A model generated the notes under the pieces. That model saw only the letters and a program-made list of their open reading frames with translations. It searched no databases and was not told where the DNA came from. A stretch of DNA of 64,000 bases from Fimbriosthenelais zetlandica. Taxonomy: Eukaryota. Made by a program: the position numbers and the translations under genes. The stretch covers positions 21,266,001 to 21,330,000 of the forward strand of contig OZ365109.1 of assembly GCA_977030845.1 (NCBI GenBank), given 5' to 3'. This document shows positions 13,401 through 28,100 of the stretch, in pieces (position 1 is the stretch's first letter; every line of letters starts with the position of its first letter).

Positions 13401-15195
13401 AAACAATATTTTTTCATAAGTGCTTGAAAAAGGCAATATCAAGCAATAATGCCCTCGCCGACCCTCCCCATTGGCGAGGTTCCTTGTACAACAGGGGGAT
13501 AAACTGAATTGGGATGGGAATTGTGATGGGTGCGGAAAAAATATGCGGGAAACCGAACAGCACCAATCACGCTGAATTTACTAAAGTTATTAAGCCTATG
13601 AGTTTAGTATGGCTAGAAACAGACATAGGCATATGCATATTTAAAGACATAGGCATATTAGTAGATCCTCCAATTTGTTAACAGTTTTGTTCTTGGGCCC
13701 TTTTAATGCCCCTGTCTATAATAGCCTAACATGTCTATACTAGCACAGTCAACATGCCTACTGTATAGATTTGCAACTTTTTTTTTCAAAATGACAAATG
13801 TTCTTTTACCAGATCAAGCTAAACATTCAAAACAGATCCTTGTAAGATTGGATTCCAGTTTCTCGTAGGAGATACATCTATGTAATTATACCAGCCCAAG
13901 AACTAAAACTCGATGTTTTTTATCTTTTTCAATTCTCCTGACACTGAAAACCATCAGACATCAAAGACCACCACACCGCTGTGATTAGAAAGATTGTGTT
14001 TGCCAATAAAACAGATCTTGGACGGTCAAAAATACCCCCATTGTAAAAAGCTTATCTTTATGTACCCGGTCACCCCGAGAAATATTCTCACGGGATATCT
14101 GCCCTTCCATCCTGCCCCATTATCAAGCCTTCAATATTCCCATCATAAAAAAAGCCTTGAAGGGAACCAGGAACAACAAAAAACTTTTCTTTACTTTCCA
14201 TCACCTGAAGCTTAGCAGAATCCTTCCAATCCTGATGGTCATTTCAAGACTATTGACCTAAGTCCCTTGATGGGTGTGGCTTTAGCAGGTAGCTTCCATT
14301 GTTGCCGTCTATCTCCCAACCCATAGCCTGTCCAAGCTAGCCCTCCAAACCCCCACTCATCCCATTGTTATCGGTGCCACTCTGCTAGTTCCATTCCGCC
14401 ACTTGCAAAGCCCCCCCAAAGCCCCGTACTACCTGAGGGCCTTTGAAGGTCCTTGCCCTTGTGGACCTTTTGTTCAGTACTTGTCAATTAATTTAGAAAA
14501 ATGCCGCTCCACGAGAACTCAGCGTGTCGGTGAAGCCGCTACTTCAAAGCGACACCTGGCCGCACAGGTAGTTAATTATTTTTCTATAAAATACCTCCTG
14601 ACACAGGAGTTGTCCACTGTTGTGATGGTCATGCATGATAAGCACTGACCATTGTCCACTGACCCACTGAAATCAGGGGAGCATATCCAGTGACCACTAT
14701 CGAGCCTGACTATTGGAATGTCCACCATGGCATTATGTGTTTTTCTGGCTTGATTGGCTGCATGATTTTATCTAGCCCTCATGCTATTATCTCGGTCATC
14801 TAAAGGGGGTCACTCTGCGCTATTGAAACTTACTCGCAGGTGTCCACTTTTTTTGGGAAAATATCTATGTTTTCATAGCGGTCATCTAGAAAGCTTCAGA
14901 AGTGACAAATGTGTTCTGTCTGGTGTACACAATAGGCCTGAACATTGTAACTTTGGCTTCTAGGAAACTTTGACATATTGGCAGGTTTTTATTGAACCAT
15001 ATCTAGGTCAGTATAAATTGTTAATAAATTCTTGTTTAATTTAAGGATTTTGTTCTCCATTGTGCCATGGATAAAATTATTTCCTTTTGCAGAATAATGG
15101 TCTGAACCCTTTAATAATGTTAAATAGGTCTAATAATATTTTTTTTCCAATTTTACCGTATACGGAGAGCTTGGGAACATCAAATTTCTGTTGCA

Positions 15196-15270
15196 CTGTC
15201 TGTCCAAACTAAGTTGAGCCGAAATCACAGTACATTTCTATGGTGGTTTCAACTTAGTTTGGACCGACTG
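15196..15270. mobile_element. Very small fold-back element (decayed mariner-type MITE)
   Basis: Perfect 16-bp inverted repeat GTCCAAACTAAGTTGA (15202-15217) / TCAACTTAGTTTGGAC (15249-15264); right end GACTG|TA. Confidence 0.55.
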
Positions 15271-16597
15271 TAGAAGTCATGAAAATAAAAAAGTACAGGG
15301 TGTTCACAAATAAGAATCGTGAAACTTTAAACATTTTCAAAATTGTGAAATCTTGAAGACACACATGAAGTAAAGCAAACATTATGAAAAGAATTGATAA
15401 AAAATATTATTTTGAAATGTGGAATAACCAAGCTATCTACATACATACAGCAGGAATTAACCCCATCAAAAGAACATTAGCAATATTTAGTCGACTAATA
15501 TTCGGTCTGAAACAGATGGCAGAATGCCGTAGGTCTCCAAGTATACGTGAAGACCTTTGATACATTAGTTTAATGTAAAACAAACATACTTATTGATAGA
15601 ACAATATAAATGATGGATGATGACCGATCACGTGTAGGTTCCATACTCATGTGTGTGGCCTCCTAATTATTTAATTGGTATTAGAAGCAGAGAAAAAAGA
15701 CCTGTCCCTGTTTATGTTGAAAACCCAGTGATTCAGCCTTTATAATGTTGGTATGATGGATGCATCGATGTCTATTATCATCCCATGAACTGACCAGCAG
15801 TGGCCACTACTACATCTTCTACATGTCCACCCCGTTCTGCTAATGGTCAGTCGGGAGATGTCCAGTGTAGTAGTGTCCAGTGGATGGATGTTGACCACCA
15901 CGCCCACTGAGTGAGGTTTTGAGAGGTACTGTTGACTGTCTACTAGATATACTTGTATTCAGTGAATACCCTGACGGAGTCTTCCTCTTGAGAAACTATC
16001 ATTTCATATACTCATAATGATGAGAGATTGTGAAGCCAATATCAATGGCTTTATTTGTCTCTTGTATGACATTCATCCCAATGACATTGTAATCTAGGTT
16101 GCATTGACGCGAATACAATTATATGTCATGCAACGGGTTGCTCACATTCCATATATTTTGGGTTCTGATATTCATTTCCTGTTAAGTATGCCATTATTGT
16201 TCGGCCACCCTTAGTCCTTGATGAATAAAATAGAAAAGATCATCTGGAACAAGTTCTGCCCAAGTATAATATAAATTTCATTTCTTTTCATGTTTGATCA
16301 GTGTATAACTGAATGTCAGGAACCTTTTTCATCAGACCTTGAAACAGAGCTATATTAATAATAGATTGTCGAGATGCACATAACGTTAATAAGCTGTATG
16401 CAGAATGAGACAAATGTAGTGCAGCTAAATGGGGCTCAATCTATCAATATTGCAAACAAAATATTAACATTTATAATGTAACTGATCCCATGCAGGAGCC
16501 TGTTTCAAAAGAACCAATGTTGTTTGGGTACTTTTTGCACCGAAACAGACCCTATATCCTTATATCCTGACCAATTTTCTTTTTCATTTTTTGCTAG

Positions 16598-16728
16598 TGA
16601 CGGATGAAGCGATGGTCAGAAGTTTGACCACAGCAGAGGAGCAGGATATATATAATGATGAGACAGGTGTAGCATCAGGGACGCTGGGGGACAGGTGCAT
16701 CCAAACTACACCCCAATCTCGCTCCCAG
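16598..16728 (+). CDS. Internal coding exon of the RCC1-domain gene (low-complexity region)
   Basis: Acceptor ttttctttttcattttttgctag| and donor CCAG|gtaagt; 131 nt, open (TDEAMVRSLTTAEEQDIYNDETGVASGTLGDRCIQTTPQSRSQ), phase 1 in and phase 0 out, compatible with both neighbours. Confidence 0.75.
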
Positions 16729-16855
16729 GTAAGTCACAACTCCTATATATATAATAGTCTATAGTATAGACATTGTATATAAACACATTATGATTCAGCA
16801 TGTCTCGAACTTTGGTTCCTTATGGCTATATTTTAAACAGCTGCAATGTGCATTT

Positions 16856-16920
16856 TTGACGGTGGCATTGAGTATTCTTGACAGTGGCATTGGATATTCT
16901 TGACAGTGGTTTGGAGTAGG
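16856..16920. repeat. 22-bp tandem repeat, about 3 units
   Basis: TTGACGGTGGCATTGAGTATTC / TTGACAGTGGCATTGGATATTC / TTGACAGTGGTTTGGAGTAGG. Confidence 0.85.
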
Positions 16921-17119
16921 TTTCTCTATGAAAGGAGCTGTTTTCAAATAGATCAAAAATTAACCAATGGTAGATCTATGTCCATAACATTTTAGTTGAA
17001 CTTTTTATTTTTTTCTAACTTCAAAGTCTACTCTTCAGTGTGGTTGGTATTCCTCATATTTTGATTGCCTACATCACCCACTGGTCTTCAGGGTCCTTTT
17101 CATAACATTTACAAAACGT

Positions 17120-17147
17120 GTGTGCCACATCAGGTGTGCCACATCAG
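17120..17147. repeat. 14-bp perfect tandem duplication
   Basis: GTGTGCCACATCAG x2. Confidence 0.85.
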
Positions 17148-19200
17148 TCCCATTCCCCATATATGTATTGTTCATGGATAGAAAATGTGTTAATACCCTG
17201 TTACCTCAATTGTTCCTATAGAAACGCCCTCCTATAACATGATGCATCCTACCATTACTTTGACTTATATTCGTGTACAATTTACATAGTTCTAACTCTG
17301 CTATTACGGATAGGTTAGATATTTAGACCTAGGGTTGACAGCTTGCATCACACAAACCTACACAGGTCCAGACTTTATGACAATATCTCTGTCACTCAGT
17401 TCCCAATCTTACTACTACAAATACAGACATATTTGGCACTGGTAGCAGAGTAAGCCCCCTGTCTATAAAATAGCTGACAGTGAAGTGGAAAGTGACATAA
17501 TTGGTGGTAACTATGACGTTGTTTCCATGTCGTGCAACAGGTGAATGACATACGAGCCCACTCCCATAGCCGTAAAACTTAGCATCTTTTTTATACTGGC
17601 TGGTATTTTCCCCTAAAATCTAAACTGGGGGAGATTGAAAATGTGGAGTGCCTCAATAACCTCTTGGAATTCCTTGGGCATAACCTTTGAGGTTACAGAA
17701 ACTCGTTTGATGTGGGATGCAACGAAGGTGGGTGTTTTTTTATGACCCGTGGGTTATTATTATTTGGATGACATGTCAAATTTGTCATTTTTCTGATGGG
17801 TTTATAGCCCTGGTAATTGTCCGATGTCTGGACGGGAGCCATGGATTTGAAAGCTTTCTGACTATTGCCCCTGTTGGCATGGTTTCATGTCGTATGCAAA
17901 TATACCAGCAGCTATGACGAAACTGGGAGGATTTATTCATACCGATAATTATTAATAATTATGCAAATGTTCTACTGCATCTTGTAAGAAAAATAGTTTG
18001 GATTTAACTTCTATTTACTATAGCATTCAACATTACATTTTCTTCACAATCATTCCAATGTCAATTGTAAATCCCACAATGTAATAAACGAGAGAGAATT
18101 CTTTTCCCGTTACTTCCAAACCATAGCCACAAATCCAATCTGGAAACACCAATCGGCAGAAAAAGATAAGGTATCCCTCTCAATGGTAGAAAGCACTCAG
18201 AAACTCTTGAAGTTCAAATGGCATGGGAGTGACAACCTACCCCCACTTGTCAATCCCAACCTGAGTCACCGGTCAGTTTGACCAGTGGTCATTGTACAGT
18301 CTAGTCTAGTTAATCTAAGCCTGCCTCTGAATGACCAGAAGATAGATTTATCTGGTGGGAAAGGATAGAATATCAAACCATCCACTTAGAAGCTACATTT
18401 TATCTTCAGGAAGAGGAGGAGCGTCTTGACACTATTTGTTTAGCATTGTTTATTTATAGAGTCATAAAGTATACCGAGGCACATATTTGATAACCTCAGA
18501 TATGACCATATTATGATTCCAGATGATATTCATCTCAGGACTTACTAAAATCACTTATCAAAAATCCATTTTATGATTTCTCATTAACATGATACTATTA
18601 TTGATAATTGGTTGATTTCGGTTCAATTTTGGCCAAGTACAAAATAAAATTGTCCATGTCACATTATTGAGGAATGCAAATATGGAGAGTATAATACGAA
18701 GGACAGGTGTCCCCGCGATGTCTGCGGGGGAAAATACATGAACACCCATCACCTAAATCACCCATGACCACTGGAGCCCAGATTTGGGGCTCCCTATGGT
18801 CCCTCGTCCACCCCCGGCCCACCAGAAAACAGATTCCTTCTCCATGTGCTTTCAATCTCTCTCACTTCAACCGAGGTAACCCGAAACGGCTTTAATTTGT
18901 ACAGGGCGATGAGATTTGCTGGGGGACAGGGTGGGGTGGGTGAGGGTGATATGTGGGGGGGTATAGGGTTGATATATTGGTCAACTGGTCAACAGTGTCC
19001 ATGAGTTTCAACTTTATTCATGATAGAGGAATGTAAAAAAAGTATATCTAATGCATGAGACGTTTTGATGATGGCTGAAAACAGACTCGGATAAAAGGAA
19101 GTATAAAGCAAGAATGATTTACCAATGTAATTATTTACGTACATTGTCAATACTTACTATCCAATAATGGATCAGGCAGTTTGAAATTTTAACCTATATA

Positions 19201-19334
19201 CAATGCTCCCAACATCCGACCACCCCCTTAAACCAACCATCATCGTCTGGCCCCATTTTCCTCCAACCGACCACCTCCATATAGAGATTACTTTTGGTCA
19301 ATCCCAATGGTGGTCGGTTTAAGGGGGAGCACTG
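19201..19334 (+). mobile_element. TA-flanked Tc1/mariner-type MITE, family A, complete copy
   Basis: TA|CAATGCTCCC ... GGGAGCACTG|TA (9/10 TIR), with subterminal inverted motifs CCCTTAAACCAACCA and TGGTCGGTTTAAGGG; no coding capacity. Confidence 0.75.
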
Positions 19335-22300
19335 TATACATGTACAATCATGTAATCAAGATGGCAATGAGATTTTTGTTTAAATATTGCAACGACAGTG
19401 ATGACGTACCATTCGCCAGTTGCATAATAAAGATAATCAATCTAGGCCCGTAAACTTTCATTCAGGCCATCATCCAACGGATGAAGCCCCTGGCGAAAAG
19501 AAAAAAGTTCCAAATTCACAGTGGCAGTGTGACCTTTCTAATAGTGATTAGCTCTCTCATCTGTCCTCAAATTGGCTATGCTTATTTACGAGACGATTTC
19601 ACTGTCCAAACAGAGATCATAAAACAGCAGGGTTAAATACAGTGTACCATATGGGTCTTTACCCTCCGTAAAGAAACCCACCAGTCCCTGGCTATATGGG
19701 GTCTTCCTATGGCAACATTCAGCTGAAATACTGACACTATTTATTCCAAATTTAGCAACGGAGAAAAAGGATTCCATTCAAAGTCCATAATGGAGACATT
19801 TCTCCCTGAGAAGGAAGGCTTGGGTGCGGTTTCCAACTGTGGGTCGCTGGTGAAATATTGAATCCATTTTGGCTAGCTTTTAACTGAGGAAATTGGCTTT
19901 AATTTGGAATTCCTGGGGTGAAGTTTGTGGAAAAATGCTGGTGATGGTCCAGTGATTGAATAGTTGATTCGTACCCCGTTGGTATAGAGACCCGTGATGT
20001 GTTGGACACTATATAGGGACACTATATGTATTTGCCATGGAAACAGTTCAATTAAAGTTAATATAAGAAATAAAGCATAAGGAATATAAGTCGTAATAGG
20101 AGCCCGTATTATCCTAAGATCTTATAAGTCAGTTGCAGCACACGGTTAATAAAAGGAGTTGATACAGTGCTAGGTTATCGCCCGAGTTCTCAGTGTATAA
20201 GGCCTGGAAGTCTGGATGCCACCTGTAGCTCTGTCCCGCTGGGTTGACAGTAAAAGGCTGAGACTGCCACTGATTGATTTCACAGACCGCTGGTTTGTCT
20301 GAGATTCCTGCCTGGAAAGTTAAAGGAATGAAATCCAACAAGGCATATCGTGGTAAAATATTGTACATGTTGCCCCTCACTTTTGTACATCATTGAACAG
20401 TATGCATATCGGACATTGGTCACAATCGGGATCCGCTTAAAGAAGAGTCTCATTTGCCATAGTTAATAAATCTTATGGCATAGATAATCTATTATGGGTT
20501 TTCATCAAGTGGGTGCCAGAATGCATTGATTATTTTCGAAAAAATGTTTTTACCTTTTGGTTAGATAAGAAATAATAGTACAGTGCTGTTCGAGTGTTGT
20601 CAGGATATTAAAATCATAGGCTTCTAATAGGCCTAGTAATTTTTGACAAAATAACAGATTCACATTGAACATAAAATACATCTTGCTGTACCTTACTATC
20701 TACACCAATGCACCTTGCACCTATATATTTCCACCAAAGGACCTCCTCTAAAACCCTAGCCCTTTTTGTCTGACCTTTCTAAGGCCAATTGATTCTTCTT
20801 TGAATCAGAGTGCATACAAGGATTTTCAACAGCACCAAAACCCTTCCTCGTTAAAAAAACGCAGGACAAAAACGCCTGAGGTAAAGTTTACCCAGATTTC
20901 CATCCCCAGGGACTTGGAGGTGTGGAAAGGCGTTCGGGAAAAGCCCTCGAAAGGCCCTCGGGGAGGCTGGGGAGGAAAGGAGAGAAAATTGGTGCGAGTT
21001 CTAAGAGTTTTCGGAGGCAGGAAAGGTGTGAGATTACCCGCTGTGGTAGGGAGAGGGTGGCAGGTGCAATTGTGCTTGACCACCACCCGTGACCACCTTA
21101 GGCTGACCACAAAGGGACAGGTGAGAGCAAGGGTCAAAGGGTCAAAATGACCACAATTGGACTTAAATAGTGATAAAATCCGAAATAACAATTTTGAGGC
21201 AATAGTTCATCATCGGGTTTTTATTAGTGGGAGGTGTAGATGGGCTTTAATGGTGTTGTCAATGGGGATGGACAGTGTTGTACTAAACATATGGGTAAAT
21301 ATTACACTATAGAGGGTGGGGCTACAACTGTATCAGCAGCTACTATACGACTTGTTGATTTGTGTGTACGTTGGTTTACATGCATTCCTCGAGTAGTTAG
21401 GTCACTTACAGGTGGTTTATTTGTCAAGTGAAATGTGTACGATAATAGAAATACAACAAGGGCAATAATTCTGCATTCATGTATGTATGATAACTGATTA
21501 TTTTAACACATTGACATAAGAAAAAGGATATATATATGACATTGTAATAATACTTAGGGACAATTTAGCAAGTAAAATGGATGGAATAGACATACTTGAC
21601 TAGCTTAATAGTGTTGAGAATGAACTCAGAACGTCCCACACTAATCCGACACTATTTTTACGATCGATATGAAAAGGGTCCCAATGTTCCAGGTAGGCAT
21701 AATTAAATGAAAAAGGACCACACAAATATCTGAAGAAATGTTTAGTAGTTCCTCTGAGCGAGTTTTCCTCGGTCTCCTCATGTTCAGCTTTGTGATTGTC
21801 ATCTGGCATACCTGAGCTACCAAGGGTTTGAAACCCATCCCTCCCTGGGTGGACGTGTATAGGGAGGGCATAGTTTCCTTCACAAGACGTGAGGAATTCT
21901 CACCAATTAGACAGCAAAGGAATCTTGTTCTCTAAGATAGCAGAAGATACGCGTTGTCCACACGGCTAATTAGCATTTAATATACATGTACTACACAATG
22001 ATTTGGACCTAAAGTACATGGAAGTACATTGTCATTGTATAGTCAAATACAAGACAGTATCATTGGACAAAATGTGCTCTCATTTTAAAGGTAAGAATAA
22101 ATTAAGTTAGTCATATATTTGGTCATATATGAAGGGAATCCAAAATTACAAACATTGATATCATTGCATGGAATGCATTATTATGATGCATTATAAAGTA
22201 TAACAATTGTTTTCATTAAATTTTGTCATTATGAGCAACGAGCTTTCTATACTCGCTGGTATGAGGCCTTTAAATGTTTCCCTGACGTTTCTCGGAAACT

Positions 22301-23766
22301 TCCCCTATAGCTGTCCTTCCTCTGTTTATTTTTGTTATTTAATTTATTCTCTTGGGGCGGGGACGATGCGGTAGCGTGTAGACAGCTTTGAAGGTAGTGT
22401 AGTGTTTGTGTTGGTCCTGCCCCGTACATCGACCCATCCTATTGTCATGACGAGGCCGACAAACGGACACCAATTTACCCTCCAATCAACACTACCACCC
22501 CACATATTTACCCACAACTTAATACCCCACAACCTCCCCCGTCCACGACGCCATCCCAACGTCCCGTTGGAACCAATATGTATCCCACCATCTATAGCCT
22601 CGCCAACTCTCTAACATCGTTCATTATGCAAGCCCAAGTGACTAAATCACCCCAAGGGCTTTGAGGCCAAACTAATAACGTGCTACCTTGGGCCCCTTTG
22701 GCCCCTGGGGTCATTGGAGGGATTGGAAAGGGCACTAGAGGCCTTAACACTGTAGTCGCGATGTAATATACGAGGGAATTTGAATCATTCGGTGGCGGGA
22801 TTTCACCTAGATTGACCCTATTGGTGGAATCCCAACCCGTGGTCACTACCAAAGGGCCTTATTGGTAATGCCCTCATCTGAGGGCTAAATAAGGCCAGTT
22901 AACCTGTATTGCCCTGGCGCTGATGTGGTGTTAATGCCCTCTGACGTGGTCCAAAGGCCTCTCTCACCTTCCAGCCCTATTTCTCCTTGATCCCTGAGTT
23001 TTGGTGTCTTGTAGGAAGGGGCCTTGTAGTAAAGACTCTATCCCCGACGTGGATAAGGGCCATGCGGCATTCATTAAGGTTGATCGGTGTGAATCTACAG
23101 TAATGACCTCAGCTTGGTCTAAATGACCTTTTTCCTATACTGAGCGACCTCCGTGTTAGGCCCCATTTAACCTGCCATGGCCTTTCAGTCTGTACTCGGT
23201 GTCTGCCCCTTTTAGACTTCATTTTACAGGGCTCATACACATAAGCTGGTCTAGTTGGCTGCCATGTTGGTGGGCATGGGTTTGCTGTATAAAATCAGTA
23301 TTACAGAGTGGGACTCAGAGTGTCTTACTTCAGAACTGCCAGTCTATATTATATGGGCTTGTTTCTTAACATGTATTTTGTTAGTAGGCTATGGAAAGGG
23401 CTACCCTTCCTTGAAGCACAATCTGGGACCTTTAACAAAAGGTGGCAAAGGTATCAATAGATTGTCCATTCTACATTGTTGTACGGGAAATGGGAACAAT
23501 GTGGCACCGTTTTTCCCGGTCCTTGTGAAAAAAGTGCTGGACAGACTTAATGCAGATTAATCTGTTGAGAATTTGACTTACTATTTAGATGCTAATCAAG
23601 AATACTCTTAAGACAAAAACTAATGAATTCATCATTTGTTGTCCCTGACTCCCTTTTGGTTCCATTTTTCTGCATCACAGCCACCTACTTTGGTGCACAA
23701 TAGACCCAACCAACGCCGGATCTTTATCTACGTGAACGGGGTAGAAAAATCAGTTAGATGCCACAT

Positions 23767-23781
23767 CCCCCCCCCCCCCCC
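23767..23781. repeat. Poly-C tract
   Basis: 15 consecutive C followed by CT-rich sequence. Confidence 0.9.
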
Positions 23782-24912
23782 TCTCCCTCTCTCCCTTTCC
23801 CATCTCTCTCCATAAATTTATGAGAGGTCATATAGCGGGACATGAACCACTGTGCACTATGATCGTCGGATTGGGAACTACTTCAGCTGCTGCAATGGTC
23901 TAAGTCTATATCTCAATTAGTTTTGTCCCAGACAATATAAATATAAATAGATCTGGTATTACTAACCAAATCTATATCATCAACATGCATGCATCAATGC
24001 CTCAGCATGCATTTTTTTTTCTCAAAACAGAGGACATGCATTTCCTCATCATTGTACCCGAAATGGCGTATGGCAAAAATGAATGCAAACACAAACAGAC
24101 ATTGTGTATGTTATAATATAGTTGTAGTGAACCCTAAGTGATTATTCTCCCCCTGTCAAGCCTACAAAATGCCCTTCGCGTAGGGCCCGTATTGCCCTGC
24201 GTGTGTATGCCCTGTCTGACCTTCTTCTGTTGATCATCATTGGCGGGAATTAGAGGGAGAAAGTGACCAGCAAATTGTGCCTTACCCCTCCCCGCTCTGA
24301 CCCCCATACCAAGTGGCTAGTCTGTGTCCATGAGCCTAACTAAATGATGTGGACACAGGCCGTGCCCGCACTGACCTCCTGATTGGCTAAGTGTGACCCT
24401 CATGACCAATGTTATCATCATGGCGGTGGTTGTGATCCGAGGGCCCGCTTGGTGGCGTGGTCCTCGCTAATAGGGAAAAGATATAGGGGCCGATGGAAAA
24501 AGCCCCTCAAATTATGCTGATCCATCATCGCTCTGTCAACTGATAATGACTGAAGTAAAGAAATTTAAAGAGCTTGAAACAATGCTGACATTTACCCCGG
24601 CCCTTGATTGATTTCGTCCTCCTGAATGGTGGTTTGAATGATTTATAATGAGGTGGTGTCTGAGCCTTTCTATCGACCCATTGCACAGCCAAGTGCCGTC
24701 CATTGGATTTGCATAGACGGACATCTTGTTTTGCAATGGGTCGTTGTGCTCATCCTATTAATAGTACGTTTTGAGATGTCCCTGCCATTTCCCTTGACCT
24801 TCACAAAGTTCCTGTTAATTTTAAGGCTAAACATGACCAGTATTATGTTTTTTCCTGTTCACATTATTAAAATTTCTCACTGTTCATTATTGTTGTATTC
24901 ACTTTTATACAG

Positions 24913-25114
24913 AGTGATGTAAGCCTTGTGTCTGAAGTGAGTGATGCATCATCTTTGAGTGAGGACGACTCTTTGGATGACTCTCATCAAGTCCTACAGG
25001 ACCTGCTGAAGCCATCGCTAGACTATCCTACCAGTAGTCCTGAAGGAGCCATCAGGGGCATGAACCTGGCTGACTTCTATGCTCCCACCCCCAGCCCTTT
25101 GGCTCATATGGCAG
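24913..25114 (+). CDS. Internal coding exon of the RCC1-domain gene (acidic, Ser-rich)
   Basis: Acceptor cacttttatacag| and donor GCAG|gtaagc; 202 nt, open (SDVSLVSEVSDASSLSEDDSLDDSHQ...PTPSPLAHMA), phase 0 in and phase 1 out. Confidence 0.75.
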
Positions 25115-28100
25115 GTAAGCGCTCTTCTTTGCAATACTCTACTATTCGGCCCAAATTTTTTAGTCTATAGCTTAAACCAATTCATGGGCGTTCATTTTAA
25201 TTTAACAATGATGAATCCAGTTTAAAAACATTGCTCTGAAACGATTGTGTGAAACAAATGTGACTTGGCAGGGAAATAATTGTTGAGTGGTGAACCAAAG
25301 CGTATGAATCTTCAGATCAGTACTTGAACAATTGTTCTCAAGATGGTTATCAGTACACCAGTATACATACATATATAATAGTGATAATTAGTAGGCCTAC
25401 ATATGATATGTATACAGACTGCATAGTGATTTATTACCCATACTGATATAGTGGTGTCTGGCTCCATACAGAAAGATACTTAGGTTGTATTAAACAAGAG
25501 ATTATCATGTAATAACAGGGTTAATTGACACCTTCTTTTCTGTTATTGTTCAGAAGTTTCCAGGAGGGGGTACACAAAACAGTTCAATTAGAAGGGTTCA
25601 AAGGTTGGCCAGTGTGTATCCTCTACATGGCTAACTATTATGGATACCCATTATCCTATAGCATAGCCAGGCCGCTTTCAGCCCATTGCCTTTATTCCAC
25701 CCATGACAAACTACATTACAGGGAATGGCAAAACAGATGATTAGTTTGTGTGCTCTAGGTCCGAAGGCCAAGCCTCCCTCCACTCCACACAATCATTGAG
25801 TGCTTATCAAAGTAGCAGACATGCCACGAGGTCGCCAGGTCGGAAAGAGTGAAAAGAATTCTCGTCATTATCGCTTAACACGAAAGGGATGCGTGTTTGA
25901 AAAGTAGAGATTGTGTGACCCCGATAGACTCGTGATAACCCTGCTACAGTTAGAGACTCTCTATAGAGAGACTCTCTCACTCCATCTATGCTCGTCGCCA
26001 GGATACTTTGAAGTGCGGGACCTTTTTTCTGCTATTTGTTTCGGGGCTTGGATGTTTGGTTTGTCGTCAGTCATGGCATCCAAATGTTAAATAAGAAAGC
26101 GTCGCCACACGTGACCTTGTTATAGCAACAGGTACCATGGAAGCTGCACTATATTAACCAAAAGTTCATTTGTCAGATTTCGTTATGAAACATGCCCCGA
26201 ACATCATGAGCTAGCCTGTTCCATGTTGAAGTATTGAGTAATTTATGCCGTAATGTAAAACTGTCACATAAATGGTTAGTATTGTCCAAGAGTATGGGAC
26301 ACCTTCCTCTCTCTAGCTTCTCTCATGCCAGTACCCCATTATCGCCCCCTTTGACCTTTGCTATATGGTGACAAGCAATATGCTCCTCCCTCACTGCAGA
26401 ATCCCAAAATCTCCCTCTCTCTCATCAGCCAACAATTGGTATTTACGACCATTATAATCTTATTCTACATTCCATTATGATAATTCTACATACCATTCTT
26501 TGTACCGGAGGATTCCCCCAGTTTCTTTCATACAAAAGTGTTAGTGTAATTGAGTTATTGACAAAAACAAATTTTCCATGAGGTAAAATGTTGGAGGTGC
26601 GTTTCGGATGGTTGGTTTAATGCTTGGTTATTATAAAGGAATGATCACACGAACATGTAATTATCTTCTCGCATATGAAAGATTTTTTTGTCTGATATTT
26701 TCCCAGGACTGGTTAACCACTATAAATACCTCTGCAGCAGACAAATACATGTCCCCATCGTGTGTACATGGAGGAGATTTTACGACAAGCAGTTATTGCC
26801 TACAATAGCTCCACTTCCAAATGCCTCACCTGCTTGATGTGGTGGATGTGGTATTACAAGAGCGATGACCCCCTGAAAGTGAAGGTCGGCTATTTAAGTT
26901 CCACATCCACTGGACCGTTTTCCTGACGTACGTACGTCAGTTCGGCCCGTCAATTACTCACAAGGTGCAATTGCGGTATACATGTACATCCCAATGATCA
27001 ATCAAGCTTGAGACCGTAGACCTGTGCAGAAAATATTTCAAATTGGTTATTTGAAAAAAATATAATATCGTTAGTACATTCGTTTCCCAATTAGGAGCCC
27101 TAGTAATGAAATGTATATAATATTTATGGTTATTTTTATGGTCAGAATTTGCTGGTGAAAATTTCAAAGAAGATACAAGGTTTATTTATAAATATAGCCT
27201 ATTGCACTTTGGAAATAATGTTATCAAATTATCATGCCCTTGTACATGTCTAACATCATCACATGAATATGTTAAGTTTTATGAAAGTTCTATGAGAGTT
27301 ACTCCAGGATATGTCTTGTTAAGATTTTGACATCCCATACCTAGATATGACAGTGACCTGTGGATATCACACGCACCACTGCCCTACTTTCACAGAGCAG
27401 CTCAGCTGTTCAGGACTATCATAGAATCTCTAGGTTTACTATAAAGCTCCGTTCTTAGTAGAAGGTTATGTGAGCCATATCTCATAACCTGACTCAGCCT
27501 CATGTAAGTTTGATGAGTTCACTCTCCCCCCAGAGGTGGCTGTCCATTTGGCTGGTTGACATCCCCCACTACACCACCAAATCACACGGCTCTGTTTAGG
27601 TCTGATTAAACTTTCATGACAGTCCGAGGTGCTGCTGGTCACCGGTCATTGATGTAAAGGTGGTCAACAGCCTGGACAGGGGTCAGCTGAGAGTTGTTTA
27701 ACAGATACTGAAGGATAGAGGAGTGGACACATGACAAGTGACCGTAAATCTGACCATCTATTGTACCATAATCTGGACACGCTGCCACGTGCCAAAAGGC
27801 AGGATCTTTTTCATGATAACATGTAAAGGTTGGTCTGGATGACCATACTATGATAGGCCATTTAGTCTAGTTCATATTAGGGTCTAATTTCTTTAGACAA
27901 AATAGCTTTTAAAATCATCTATAGATAATCTCTTCATTAATTATGATGTATTCATAGTACCCATATTTGGATCTAGTTGTGTTCTGAGATTGATGCAAAT
28001 TATATTATATTTTAAATAGCTGCTGCTGATGTCTTTTTGTAGACATTGGAGCTAGCTATACAATTGTTATGATCTAGATAATTCTGAATCTATTGAACAG

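Noticed and set aside
15294-15320. TACAGGGTGTTCACAAA, a mariner-like terminus
   Set aside because: No partner terminus found; at most an orphan end.
21600-21883. Two overlapping minus-strand ORFs with vague GPCR or RT resemblance
   Set aside because: No diagnostic motif, and no other exons to link them to.
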